This document shows, one piece after another, positions 38,806 to 51,400 of a DNA stretch of 64,000 nucleotides. The DNA is from Mobula hypostoma (taxonomy: Eukaryota). Numbering within the stretch: the stretch's first letter is position 1; each line of letters starts with the position of its first letter. The stretch lies in NCBI RefSeq assembly GCF_963921235.1, contig NC_086097.1, positions 19,840,001 through 19,904,000 of the forward strand. The letters are read 5' to 3'. The notes under the pieces were generated by a model. The model did not search any database and was not told the DNA's origin. It saw only the letters and a program-made list of their open reading frames with translations. The position numbers and the translations under genes were made by a program.

Positions 38806-39764
38806 TTCTAAGTTGTTCATTTCCGCATTGGTTAAACTGGAGCTACCAATCAGGTTTAGACGTCAGGTTAAAATTCCCGATCTGCGCCCACGAATGTAAC
38901 CGAGGTCGTTCCAGGGATGTGAAAAAGGAAGGGGCGGCCTTTCCATCTGGTTGACTATTCAACGCCATCTTGTTTTATCTCAGCCCCAACTTCTTGCGTT
39001 AACCTCAACTATCGGCAGATTTATCCGTCCCTTCTTGAACATGTTTATAGCCCCCGCCCCACACACAGCTGCACAAAAATTATAGCGAGTAGATTCCAAG
39101 GATACAAAGCGCTGTGCGTGGAGGCATTTCCTCTCGGTTCTGTCCTGAACGGCCGACGTCTAGCCTTGAGACGGCCAGGGGTGATCACCTGTTTCTTCTG
39201 ATTTAGAACAAAGGTCAGTGGTGTGTTTGACCAATTCTGGAGGATAAACTCATTACCTTGGGAATCGATCTGGGGTGATTTCCCCACGTTCCTCTACGCC
39301 AGGCATGTCCTCCAATACACCGGTGCAATGTTGTACTAGACTCCTACGGTCCCTAAACGCGCAATCCTTTGTAGTAAATCCCACCGCTCCCTGATGGGTC
39401 ACTTATTCCTTTATACGGGCCGCTGCGCAGGATCGGAAGAAGCGGCAGAGGTCTGCAAACTCAGACAGCTCCATCATGGCCACCGGCCTCCCGAACAGTG
39501 ACGACGTCTTCAAAAGGCGATGCCTCAAAAAGGCGAAATCCAACGTGAAGGATCCTCATCACCCAACACCGTGCCGCCTTCTCATTGCTACCATCAAGGA
39601 GAACGTACATGATCCTGAAGACCCGCAATCGATGTTTTAGCAACAGATTCTTTCCTTCCCTCTGCCATCAAATTTCAGAAAGGACGATGAACTAACCCAT
39701 GAACACTACCTCATTTTTGTTGCGCTCCTTTTGCACTATTTATTTAATTTAATGTGCGTGCGCG

Positions 39765-39991
39765 CGCCCTTAACTGGTGGAGTCTTCGGGGCGCCGTCAT
39801 GACAAGCTTTTTGCACCGATCTTTTTGGTATGCTCATCGTGGGGCGGAGCCCATCCCTCTCCAGGTGTTTTTTACGAGTTGTTAGCTCGACAACCGACCC
39901 GGGTACGGACGGAGTGTGCGAGGGAGCCGGCCGGATTCGAACATGGGACCTCTCGCCCCGAAGTCCAGCTGATGCCACTACGCCACCAGCC
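39765..39991 (-). mobile_element. tRNA-derived SINE with intact Pol III boxes
   Basis: Minus strand GGCTGGTGGCGTAGTGG (A box)...GTTCGAATCC (B box), followed by a non-tRNA body; a decayed relative lies at ~29521-29620 (+). Confidence 0.7.
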
Positions 39992-41255
39992 AGATTTAAA
40001 ATTAAATTTAAGATTTAATGTATACATATAATATATATATTGCAACTTACAGTATTTTATTGCACTGTACTGCTCCCATGAAACAACAAATTTCACGACA
40101 TACATCAATGATATTAAACTAGATTCTGATTCTGCCTGTTTCTATATTGCTGTTATTTAAGTCAAAGCCGCGTTGATTTTTATTAAACTGTAAGACACGT
40201 TACGGGAGTCTGTGTATCTTTGACGCTGCTATTGAACGAGTTACTCACGTCCATTCTCCTCATTCCCACTGTCAACTTTATTCATGCCCAGTTTTACTAA
40301 TCCTTTCCAGCCTAATCATGATAGAGGGTGCTGTTCCTCAGCACAAGTGCAGTAATCGCTGTTTTTTAAGCACATGTTAATTAAGTATTCTTTTTAAGCC
40401 AATCACCTCTATTGGGGCATATGCCGCCGGCAGCAGCTCGCCAGAATCTTCTGTTTTGGGCCACTCATTCAAGTTGTCCGCAGGTGTAGCCATTTACAAG
40501 GTCGCGTGGCCAGATGTTCTCTGGCCGGCTTCTCTTTCGCTTTCCCTGGGGATTCCACCTTGGCGCTTGCCTGGTAATGCTGGTACTCGCCTTACTCAGC
40601 GTGTGTTCCAGTGGTGGTTGCCCTGGAAGCTAGAAGGATGATCGACCCTGTGGCTTCCATAGAACTGCTGCTTTCGCCACACGACTTCCACTTCTTCTCC
40701 CAGGGATGAGGTCTTTGGAGCTTCTATCGGCGTTATCTGTAGCTCTGAGTTTTACGGGATAGGGTCGCTAGCCCCACGCTCAGCTCTCCTCCTTTCGTAG
40801 CAGGGCCTGGGACCGTCCGTAGCGGGGTTTAATGGGGACTCGATGGAGTTGCATTTCCAAATCTCGCGATGACATCAAGTTTGGAGATTCAGTACCCAAG
40901 CAAGAAGTAATAATAGACTGAAAAGGGTCCGAGAATGGCTGGGAAATTGGAGAAACACAAGCCTGCGGATACTGGAATCGGGCGCAACGCACAAAACGCT
41001 GGAGCAACTGAGGGGACCAGGCAGCATCTATGCAGGGAAGTGGGCAAAGTTTCGGATCTAGGCAGATAAGTAGGCGAATGAAAGGTCATACAAAAAAGGG
41101 TGAAGAGTAACATTAACTTCACGTCATCTTAATTTTTTCTTCTCCAGGCAGTTAATCTGATCAACCATACTAGTTAGCTCCCATCCCCTCTATCTATTAC
41201 TCCTCTTACTACTCCGCACTTAGACACGTTAAACCACTTTTTTACAATGTTGTAT

Positions 41256-42126
41256 TTAGATTAGATTCAACTTCATTGTCATTGTGCCGGGTACAGATAC
41301 AAAGCCAATGAAATGCAGTTAGTATCTGACAAGAAATGCAAAGAATAGTGTTACTTACAAAATAACTGCGAATAAAAAGTAGGTGCTACAGCACACAAAT
41401 ATAAAAGTACTGAGACAGTACACTACGGGTACAATACTACTTAGCGCTGTGATGTGAGGTTCAGCAGGGTCACAGCCTCAGGGAAGAAGTTCTTCCTGTG
41501 CCTGCTGGTGCGGGAGCGGAGGCTCCTGTAGCGCCTACCGGATGGGAGGAGAGTAAAAAATCCATGGTTAGGGTGAGATGCATTCTTGATAAAGCTTTTT
41601 GCCCTGCCCCGGCAACGTTTATGGTAGATGTTCTCAATGGTGGGCAATTGGGTGCCAATAATCCACTGGGCAGTTTTCACCACACGCTGGAGTGCTTTGC
41701 AGTCTGATACGGGACAATTGCCATACCACACTGAGATGCAGTTGGTGAGTATGCTCTCAATGGTACAGCAGTAAAAGTCCATCAGTATCCTGGGACAGAG
41801 GTGAGCTTTCTTCATGTTCCACAGGAAATAAAGGCACTGTTGTGCCTTTTTGATCAGGATGGAGGAGTTCAGGGACCAGATGAGATCCTCGGAAATGTGG
41901 ACACCAAGGAATCTGAAACTTGATACACGCTCCACCACAGCACCGTTGATGTAGATGGGGACGTGAGTGTGGCTCCTAGCATGCCTGAAGTCCACAATGA
42001 TCTCCTTGGTCTTCTGGGTGTTAAGGGCCAGGTTGTGGTCGGCACACCACGCGGCCAGGTGCTGGACCTTGTCCCTGTAGGCCGTCTCGTCATCCCCTCT
42101 GATCGGGCCAACCACCGTGGTGTCGT
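41256..42126 (-). mobile_element. Young 5'-truncated Rex1/Babar LINE (copy B)
   Basis: Open ~228 aa from DTTVVG (just after the RT YADD motif) to the natural stop; (TCTAA)n tail. Confidence 0.9.
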
Positions 42127-45100
42127 GCACAGTTTATTTCTAATCCGTCCTTTAACCTCTAAGTTTATTATCTGTTTTACCTCTATATATACGGTGTGTA
42201 ATTCTTTATCCTTTATAATCGTTGATTGTTAGCCTGACGAAGGATCTCGGCTTGCAACGATTATTCCTGTCCGTAGATGCTGTCTGGCCTGCTGAGTTCC
42301 TCCAGCATTTTATATGTGTTACTCTAGATCTCCAACGTCTGCAGAATCTCTTGTGTTTATGGTTGTATATGTCCCTGATTCCCGGAAAGTGGCAAGGTAT
42401 GTTGAGATAATGGTCAGTAAAGCACGTGTGATCCTAGCATTCACATGTGGAAAAGCAGAGAGGTGGTGTTGACTGGTGAAAACACCAGTGCCGTTGAATG
42501 GAAAATCCTACAAAACGAAGTGGATTTGGCCCAGTACCTCACAGGTAAATCCCTCCCAGCCATTGAGCACACCAACATGAAATGCTGTCGTAGGAAAGCA
42601 GCATCCATCATCAGTGATTCTCACCACGCAGGCCATGCTCTTTTCTCGATGCTGCCATCACAAGAGCCCTCAGGACTCGCACCACCAGGTTCAGGAACAG
42701 TTACTACCCCTCAATCATCAGGCTCTTGAGCAAAGGAAATAATTACACTCACTTGTGCATCCAGTGAGATAGTCCCACAACCAATAATCTCAATTTAAGG
42801 TCTCTGTATCTTGCTGTTTCATATTCTCGTTATTTATTACAGTTCATTTATATTCGTGTTTGCGCAGTTTGTTGTCGTCTTCACTTTAGGTGATCTCTCG
42901 TCGATCCTGTTATAGTTACTATTCCATTGCTGCGTATGCTCGCAGGAAAATGAATCTCAGGGTTTACGTAGTGACATATGTGTACTTTGATAATAAAATT
43001 TGCTTTGAACTTTAAACATTGAATAGGTCACACTGGACGGCACTACAAACGATTCTGGTTACCTCGCTTTGAAAACGGTGAGAACTTCCTTGAGAAGACG
43101 CCGAGAAGACTTACCAGAACAGTCCCAGAGACGGAGGTCTTCAGCAGTGAGATGGGACCGCAGAACCCGAGGCCATTCTCCTCGGAACAAAAATTAGAGA
43201 GGAGATGACTGGGAGAAGTAAGAGACTGCAGGTGCTAGAGTCTAGATTAACGGAACTGTTGGATTAACTCAGTTTGGGTCGGGTAGCATCTGTGGGGAGG
43301 AGGCGGGGAATTGACAACGTTTCGGGCCGTCGTGATCATGATGGTGTACGGGAGTAGAGCGAGGGAAATTGGCATTCAGGTACCCAGGGGTGCAACCTTG
43401 AAGCCTTACAGATCTGGGGGGGGGGGGTAGGTGAGGAGTTTGTTTCGCATTGATGGCACGGTGCGTGGAAATAGAATCAAGCCGGGCTTGAAATGGCCGT
43501 TGGAAACGTCCTCAGGAACATAATTGGTAAGGCGGTGCGAAGGCTGCGACAGAAGGGGTTGCTCAGTTCGGACCCGCTGTACACCAGGTTGGCAGCATGG
43601 CCTCTGTGTGTGCCATTATGATCCTAATACCCTAATTCCCATGGCTACATATGAATTTTGTACTTTACTACTAATCCTTTGGTATCTCGGCGGGCGTTTA
43701 TCGCTTTAGATAAGCCCGGTTACCGGGAATAACGTATTTTGTCTGCGACCCGCTCATCGCCAGCTGTATCCCTTCTGTTTTTCCACAGACGCGTTCGTTC
43801 CGGAAAAATTAGCTGATGCTTTTAAATAACGCCGATATGATTCTGCGTCCTCTGAAGCCTTGAAGCCTGAAAACGCAGCCGATGCGCACTTATTGCAGAG
43901 CAGCGAGTACTTTTGACCTTCACAGGTTATTGGGAGAAGTTAGCAGGTCAGGAGGGGAATAAACAGTCTGAGTTTCTTTAGGACTATCCTTCACCAGCGC
44001 CACCGCCCCATTAACCTCCAATCTCGAAACGTCGACTCTTTATTCCTCTCCATAGATGCTGCCTGACCTGCTGAGTTTCTCTAGCATTTCGTGTGTGTTG
44101 CTCTGGATTTCCAACATCTACAGAATCTCCTGTGTTTATTACTTTCGACCTTCCTTCCCGTCCGTATCCTGAATTCCAGCGTTAAATAAGCCTGTATGTT
44201 GCTTCGTTCAAGACCTGCACACTCAGCCCCGCCGTGAAGTGCAGTGGTCAATCTCGACCCCCCCCCCCCGCCGCCACCCCCAATGCCATTTCACTTTACA
44301 CCCAGAGGCCGACCCATTCCTCCACCCCCATCCCCACGGCGCCAATAGTTGAATCCAAAGACGATATTCTAGGAAATAAAAGGAACGGAAACGAAGTAAG
44401 TCAGGACTTTGGTTTCATTTTTCACCACTTATGGTTAAACGTAAGGAAATAGAACGATATAAGACAATAAGGTATAGGAGCAGAATTGTACCACTTGCCC
44501 CATCGAGTCTGCTCCGCCATTTCGTCATGGATGATCCATTTACCCTCTCAGCCCCGATCTCCCGCTTCCTGCCCCCCCCCCGCCCCGTACCTCTTCATGC
44601 CCTGACCGAGCAAGAGTAACACAGGAACAGACCCTTAGAACCACAGTGTTGTGTCGAACCAATTGAATTGGTAATCAGATGGCCAGCTAAACTAATCTCT
44701 GCTGCCTACATCGTTAACAAGCGAAGTGTTTGCGATCGCTTCCAGCAGAGAGCCAAACTGAGCCGCGTGTCCGGCACCCTCCAAGGCCCAAGATTCACCG
44801 AGCGGCCTTGAAACGATCCGATAGAGGGAAGCGAGAAAGCGAACAAACTTCCTTCCCCCTGTCTCCGTCCACATTTATAAGGCTCAGGCCCATTTAACAC
44901 GGCTTGGAGTTCTCATTCTTTGATGCAGAGATGGTGATCTAACCGCCCCACCAGGTAATGTTCATGTACAGAAACAACGGCAGGGTAGATCACTCAACAA
45001 ATCTGGTAAAGGCAGATACTTTATGGACATTTAAAGATCTCTTAGATGGGCACGTGAATAATAGAAAGGGTTAGATTGGTCTTAGAGTAGGTTCAAAGGT

Positions 45101-45251
45101 CGGCAAAATATCCTGGTCTGAAGGGTCTGTACTATGCTATGGGGTCTGTGGTCTATGTTCCAATCATCCATTGCATGTCGATATACATTACTGTACCAGC
45201 GGACAGATTACTTGCCGTCAACGTTTAATTCCACCCAACTTTATTTTAACT

Positions 45252-45330
45252 CAGGGGTTCCCAACCTTTTATATGCATGGACGTCTACCATGAACCGAGG
45301 AGTCCGTGTACCCCAAATTGGGAACCCCTG
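45252..45330 (+). mobile_element. hAT MITE (copy 3)
   Basis: TIRs CAGGGGTTCCCAA / TTGGGAACCCCTG (perfect 13 bp). Confidence 0.75.
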
Positions 45331-45611
45331 TCTCAATGTCCACGATATCCCCTCTCCCTTTTTCTACTCTGGTACCACTTCCCAATCCTTTCTCAGCTAC
45401 ATCGGCGTTGCCTCCCGCACTCCACACCGAGATGGTCAATTTCATGTCCTTCGCCACTGACTTCCGCCCTGCCCTGGAACTCACTTGCGCCATATCCAAC
45501 CCGCTCTCCTTTCTTGATCTCTCGCTGGCTCTTGCCCCACTCCTCTCTCCCTCACTTTTTTACACAGGCTATCTCTCCTCTACACTCTCTGTCCAGATGA
45601 AGGGTCTCGAA

Positions 45612-46085
45612 AAGGGTTAATTCCAGGAATGGCGGGACTGTCATATGTTGAAAGATTGGATCGACTGGGCTTGTATACACTGGAATTTAGAAGGATGAGA
45701 GGGGATCTGATTGAAACATATAAAATTTTTAAGGGATTGGACACGCGAGAGGCAGAAAACATGTTCCCGATGTTGGGGGAGTCCAGAACCAGAGGCCACA
45801 GTTTAAGAATAAGGGGTAGACCATTTAGAACAGAGTTAAGGGAAAAAATTTCACACAGAGGGTTGCGGTTCTGTGGAATGCTCTGCCTCAGAAGGCAGTG
45901 GAGGCCAATTCTCTGGATTCTTTCAAGAAAGAATTAGATAGAGCTCTTAAAGATATCAGAGTCAAGGGATATGGGGAGAAGGCAGGAACGGGGTACTGAA
46001 TGTGGATGGTCAGCTATGATCACAGTGAACGGTGGTGCTGCCTCGAAGGGCCGAAGGGCCTACTCCTGCACCTATTGTCTATTGA
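45612..46085 (+). mobile_element. CR1 3' fragment inserted into a Penelope terminal repeat
   Basis: Encodes PGMAGLSYVERLDRLGLYTLEFRRMRGDLIETYKI; the flanks rejoin as the Penelope hammerhead-region sequence (gatgaagggtctcga ... gaacgtggacagtccatttcc). Confidence 0.82.
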
Positions 46086-49000
46086 CCACAGAACGTGGAC
46101 AGTCCATTTCCCTCCACAGATGCTGACTGACCCGCTGAGTTCCTCCAGCAATATGCTTTTTGCTCTGTATCCCAGCCTCTGTGTCTATAAGACCACAGGA
46201 CATAGGTGCAGCATTAGGCCATTCAGTCCATCGAGTCTGCTCCGCCATTTCATCATGGCTAATTTACTATCCCTCACGACCCCATTCTGCTGCCTTCTCC
46301 CCGTAACTTTGACGCCCTGATTAATCAAGAACCTGTCAACCTCCGCTTTAAATATGTCAATGATTCGCCTGTGAGCGTGCCCTTTTAGGGTAAAAATTAA
46401 ACCAATAAACCCAGAATTATGCGCTGCTAAAAGCGCTCAGCACGCAGTATGAGAAGGTACTGCATCAATCTCAGTATAGTTTTACCCTGAACAGGCGGGA
46501 TACACTATATTTTAATCCCAGTACCCAAAAGCGCCTTTAGCGTCCACCATTTTGTACACTTCTACACACCTGGTATTTATACAATTCAAATTCATGCAGC
46601 ATGCTATATGAGTCCAACTTGACCCAGCGTGTTACCGAGACGAATACGCATGTCTAAAACAGAAACACGATATTTCGGAAACAATCAGCGGGTCAAGCAG
46701 CATCTGTGGAAAGAGAGAAACAGGATTACTCTAAATAAAAATAAAAATACGCGGATACTGGGAATCTGAAATGAAAACAGAAAACGCTGGAAACACTCAG
46801 CAGATCAGACAGCATCTGTGGAGAGCAAACAATAAGGCCTCCTCTATTATTTGAATTACTTCCCGCTCAAAATTCCCCTCATCAACAAGCCCGGTCCATG
46901 CTCATTTTATACTGGCTTCTTGTCTATTGAGGCGTAGTGAGTAAAGTCCTCACATCCAGCTTCATGTTTCCCAATGCCCCACTCAATCTAACACTCTGCA
47001 CTAGCTCCCAGCCAATACATCTGTTCACAGTCCGTCCTCTCGGACCGTCCCTATGATATCCGTAATGTACTCGGTAGCAGTAATCACTGCCAATTAATAC
47101 CCGAACCACACCGTACATTTTCAACAATCTCTTAGAATACATCTCCTCCGCTGCACACATCGTATTTGTTTTCAATTCAATTCCTGATTCGGTCTAACGC
47201 ACAACTGCGCGGAGTCTCTGGGTATTTTGCAGCATTAATACTGGTCTTAAGCTGCCACCGCGATCCAATTTCTGAACAGCAACCAAATGGCACCCTATAG
47301 GCTTACATATATCTATTCGAACAAAGGACATACAGCACAATACAGGCCTTTCCGCCCGCGATATCGTGCCGACCTTTAAGCCAATCTAAGGCTACTGGAA
47401 TTTGACCGTGTTCTACGGAGACGCGTGTTCACTCTGTCAATACCCGTTCCTTCTGCCGGGTACTCAGAGTGAGCCAAAGTGCCACTCCGCATCTCTGCCC
47501 TTTGGTAACGGCCTAGAATCCGCGGGGGCTCTGTGCCCTCGAGAAGGTGCCCAGCACACGGCCACACTTGGCGTGGACAAAGAGAGATCCATCGGAAACA
47601 GTTTACACAATGTGCTTTCATTAAGATGAAGCTACTCAAACTAGAATTGTCGTCCAATTATCTCTTCCTGTGAGATGCCCTATGCAATCTTACGCAGTTC
47701 ATTTTTACATATACGATATATATTATTTACGCAAAAATAATCTATTCCGGAAACAGCGCTGTCCATATAATTATCAGTTTGTACGCTACATGGGGTTATC
47801 CCATAAAATCTGAACGTTGCACTGTCACTTGCAATTTTGCAATCAGTGCTTTATAATCAACAGATGCAACCACTGGACGAAATGAGAGGGGGCTGTTTGT
47901 TTCTTGTTCGTGTTCCCTTTGCCCTGGCCTAAACTCGCCTAATTTTCCATTAATTTATTTTGTTATTCTACCTTTGCCACACAGTGGTGACTAGTCCCTC
48001 AGAAATGTCAATAGCAATGAACAATACATCATCGTACATGGCTTATTCTCCGCAGGCCTCCTGTCATTGTTAAACGAAATGCCTGTGGTCCCATGGTATA
48101 TTTTCTTCATTCCATTCTACACATCAAGTCTCCGAACTTATGGCTCTTTCCAGTGCGCTTTTATACAGTGCGTGACCTATAGAATTTTACAGGTAAGCTA
48201 TATTAAGTATCCTATATAGTATATTAAGTATCATATATTTATAAAGCAACACACACAAAATGCGGGAGGAACTCAACAAGTCAGACCGCACCTATGGAAA
48301 TGAATAAACAGTCGACGTTTCGGGCCGAGACCCTTCTTCAAGACAATGTTTGTGGTGTGTGTGTAGATATATATTTTTAAACACAATGCTCTTGTCCTAA
48401 CATTACAAAGTTTATGAAATAAAATTTAAAAATGCGAAAATGCTGCAAATGCCATCTGCCTCTATTTAATGATACATACAGTTGCACAATTCGCTAAACC
48501 GTATATAGCTACTCACTCGCTTTGGTTGTTCAGTAGAGCCAACGGATATCATTCGTTTGATAGAACCCTCTGCATTTGTATTATATACATCAACAATATC
48601 CAGAATCACACACAGCACTTTAAACTCAGCATCAAGCATAATCCCGTATCACGTTAGGTAACCACATACAAGCTCACATCCATGACTCGGTGCATTATTT
48701 TGAAAATCTACGCAATACTTTGATATTCATCGTTGATCCAATACAATTACATAAATATGCTTTTACAACTCATACGTAATGTACAACCCAATCCTACACA
48801 ATCTGCATTCTGTATGATGTTATACACCCACAAATTCCCTATAACCTTGCCCAGTCAGTAAACCTGTACAAGCAACACGTCTGGAACACGCTGCATCTCT
48901 ATAATCTCGTTGATATGCGTGTGTCCACGTGAACGTTATAACACAGTCAGTGAATATTATAACTTATGTTCACTGAATGGTTCAGATTCGAGAATCACAA

Positions 49001-50534
49001 TGAGACTGTAACGTCCCAAAGTACAATCACTAACTGCGTGCACTGACTATTCATAACTATTCACTGACAAATTTTGAGGAATTTATAGATACATGAAAGA
49101 GGCAGAATTCTGAAGTAGACTCTGAACTATCAGCTTCGGAAAGTGGCCCCGTAGCAGAACCCGTGAACCTCTCATGCCCTCACAGAAGAACGTCAACAAC
49201 TAGATTTAACAGGCTCCTATACAGTCCATCTTAATACAAACAGATTGTTATTCTACGAATTGCGCAATATTTTGCGTATGACCGAGTTCCGTTAACACCA
49301 GCAATTATTTTCGCAGACCTAGCTTTTATAAGTTGTGGAATGATTACTTCATGTTTACAATTTATAAAAGTACTCCGGTATTCCAACAGCAACCTTCTGT
49401 TAATCGCCAAGGTTTATGAGGCAGAATCGTAATTCTACTTGATGTACAAATTCTCTTGAATAAATTGATTATCCTTTTAACATTGTCTTGCCCCGAAATC
49501 AAAACGAAGCGTAAATATATATTGATTTTCCTGTGTATTCTTATACGTGTTACGTACAAATCCGATACTGGTGGATGCGGGATGATATTGTGCTATTATG
49601 CTTATATTTAAAAGGAAGCAGAATACCACAATTCTCTATGCTGTACATACCGGAACGAGCCAAGTGAGTCGGACCCGAGTCGCGCTACAGCAGAGCAATG
49701 CAACATGTCGATGTTACAGGAGGAAGACGGCAAGATTACACTCAAGGGTAACGCGCTTGTTCGGAATTCCAACGCATTAAACATTATCTAAATTAAAATA
49801 ATACCCCAGTTTCCTTCGGATCATAAAGCGATATCGGCAAACTCTAATACAGCTACAGTTATAACGAAGCCTCTCTCGTCGTTTGAAACAGAATCGCCAG
49901 AATTGTAAACTTGTTCATTGGCTGTATTCGAAATTACAAAATACTCGTTATATGAACTCTAACAATATTCTCATTTATCCAAAACAAATTTTCAATATAT
50001 CACAATCATGGCCATTCCGTGTGCAATGACGCCGGCTCGCCTCTAAGCTCATGTAACTAAAACAATTACCTCCAATAAAGTAGTTACACCAGACAAAATG
50101 TCAACGATTACTTGTTTGTGTCTCCGATTCCAGACTCAGCCCAGCGTACATCTTGCGATTTTAATATCCGGCACAATTACCTCAACGTGATGACTTTATA
50201 TTAAAACTGCTAGAATCAAATTACTCTACAAAGTGTCTCTTCAAAAGAAAACATCGTTGTTGCCTATTATTAAACTAAATCTAAATAACATTTCGACGTT
50301 TTCAGTATGTAATTAAATTGAAACATAGAGAAACATAAATTGCTTAGAATCTCCGTGTTTGATACATATAAAAGCAAATATTTATTTAAAATAACAAGTG
50401 ATTAAACGGCATTGCATTGGAATTCTTCCTTTGATCTGTGTTAGTTCTGTAGTGAGTTAGACAGTGTCAGATTGACTTGGATGTGCGTTTGCGTATAATG
50501 CTGTAAAAAGCGGGTACTTTTTTCTGCTTCTCAC

Positions 50535-50952
50535 CTGAGCTGAGCTCCTGGCTGGTGTCCAGGTGGATCGCTCCTCGATGCAGGGGCTGCAGGTGACTGG
50601 GGAGAGCTGCGTGGACCCCCGGGTGCTCCGACAACACATCCAGGAAGGTTGATTGCCCGTAAAAAGCCGGGAGTCCGGCCGTCCCGACCAGTCCCATACC
50701 TGCGGGCGTCAGGACGGTCCTGGCCGACACGAGCTGAGCAGTAGTCGGCAGAGAGTCGGCGATCACCCCCGTCGACGCAGGCGGGTCTTTATTCAGTCCA
50801 AGGATCTCCTGAATTCCAAAACCCGTGCATCTCGACGAATTCCCCGAAGAAGGAATAGTTTTCGACCGCTCATTGCTTAACAGGCTTTGAGAAATCGCCG
50901 TACTTTTGGACTTGCTAAAATTGTCTGAAACCAGTTCCTTTTTGCCGGTCAT
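50535..50952 (-). CDS. VSX2: VSX2/CHX10 coding exon 1 (N-terminus with octapeptide/eh1 motif)
   Basis: Translation MTGK...[17 protein letters not shown]...[17 protein letters not shown]...HLQPL...LDTSQELSS follows the VSX2 N-terminus; FGIQEILG is VSX2-type (VSX1 has FAITDLLG). ATG context acaaaATGA. Donor TCAG|GTGAGA after 50535; 418 nt, phase 1. Confidence 0.97.
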
Positions 50953-50969
50953 TTTGTAAGGTGTTCTGG

Positions 50970-51189
50970 NNNNNNNNNNNNNNNNNNNNNNNNNNNNNNN
51001 NNNNNNNNNNNNNNNNNNNNNNNNNNNNNNNNNNNNNNNNNNNNNNNNNNNNNNNNNNNNNNNNNNNNNNNNNNNNNNNNNNNNNNNNNNNNNNNNNNNN
51101 NNNNNNNNNNNNNNNNNNNNNNNNNNNNNNNNNNNNNNNNNNNNNNNNNNNNNNNNNNNNNNNNNNNNNNNNNNNNNNNNNNNNNNNNN
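50970..51189. other. Assembly gap (220 N) in the probable VSX2 5'UTR
   Basis: Run of N. Confidence 0.99.
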
Positions 51190-51400
51190 CCCCTGGTCCC
51201 AAGTGCACTCTCCAATGTGCTCTGCTCTGATCCCTTTAGAAATTCCCTATTTATTTAACGGCGCGAGCCTACTGGGGCCGACAGTCCCGACGACCAATCA
51301 GCAGCACGGAAACAATTAGGAAATCAGGGAATCTCTCCCTGTCTCCTCCTGGAGAGAGACCCGCTCTCATTTAATCCGTAACACATGGAAAATATTTCCA
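51190..51400 (-). promoter_or_regulatory. Putative VSX2 core/proximal promoter
   Basis: TATA-like TTAAATAAATA (minus, 51258-51248), GACCAATCAG NF-Y-type box (CCAAT 51294-51298), CTAATTG (minus, 51319-51313) and TAATCC (51372-51377). CpG-rich and repeat-free, ~300 nt upstream of the ATG. The TSS is not directly observable. Confidence 0.6.

Larger units (their letters stand above)
13042..50534 (-). other. VSX2: VSX2 intron 1 (37,493 nt including an N-gap)
   Basis: GT...AG between in-frame exons 1 and 2; the protein is continuous across the junction (ELSS-DSED). Confidence 0.92.

Noticed and set aside
39900-39991. tRNA gene
   Set aside because: A and B boxes are present, but the cloverleaf is imperfect, it runs into a SINE body, and a decayed relative exists at 29.5 kb.
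41441-42130. Host gene or domesticated RT (also ORFs at 16220-16843 and 23792-24481)
   Set aside because: 5'-truncated LINE ends with tails and multiple paralogous fragments in the window; open frames reflect youth.
46384-46490. Short inverted repeats (also ~48946-49068)
   Set aside because: Only 11-12 bp arms in AT-rich DNA, with no target-site duplication or second copy.
50467-50534. C-terminal 22 aa of the 161-aa ORF as a real isoform
   Set aside because: Read-through past a consensus donor; VSX2 homology stops at the splice site.
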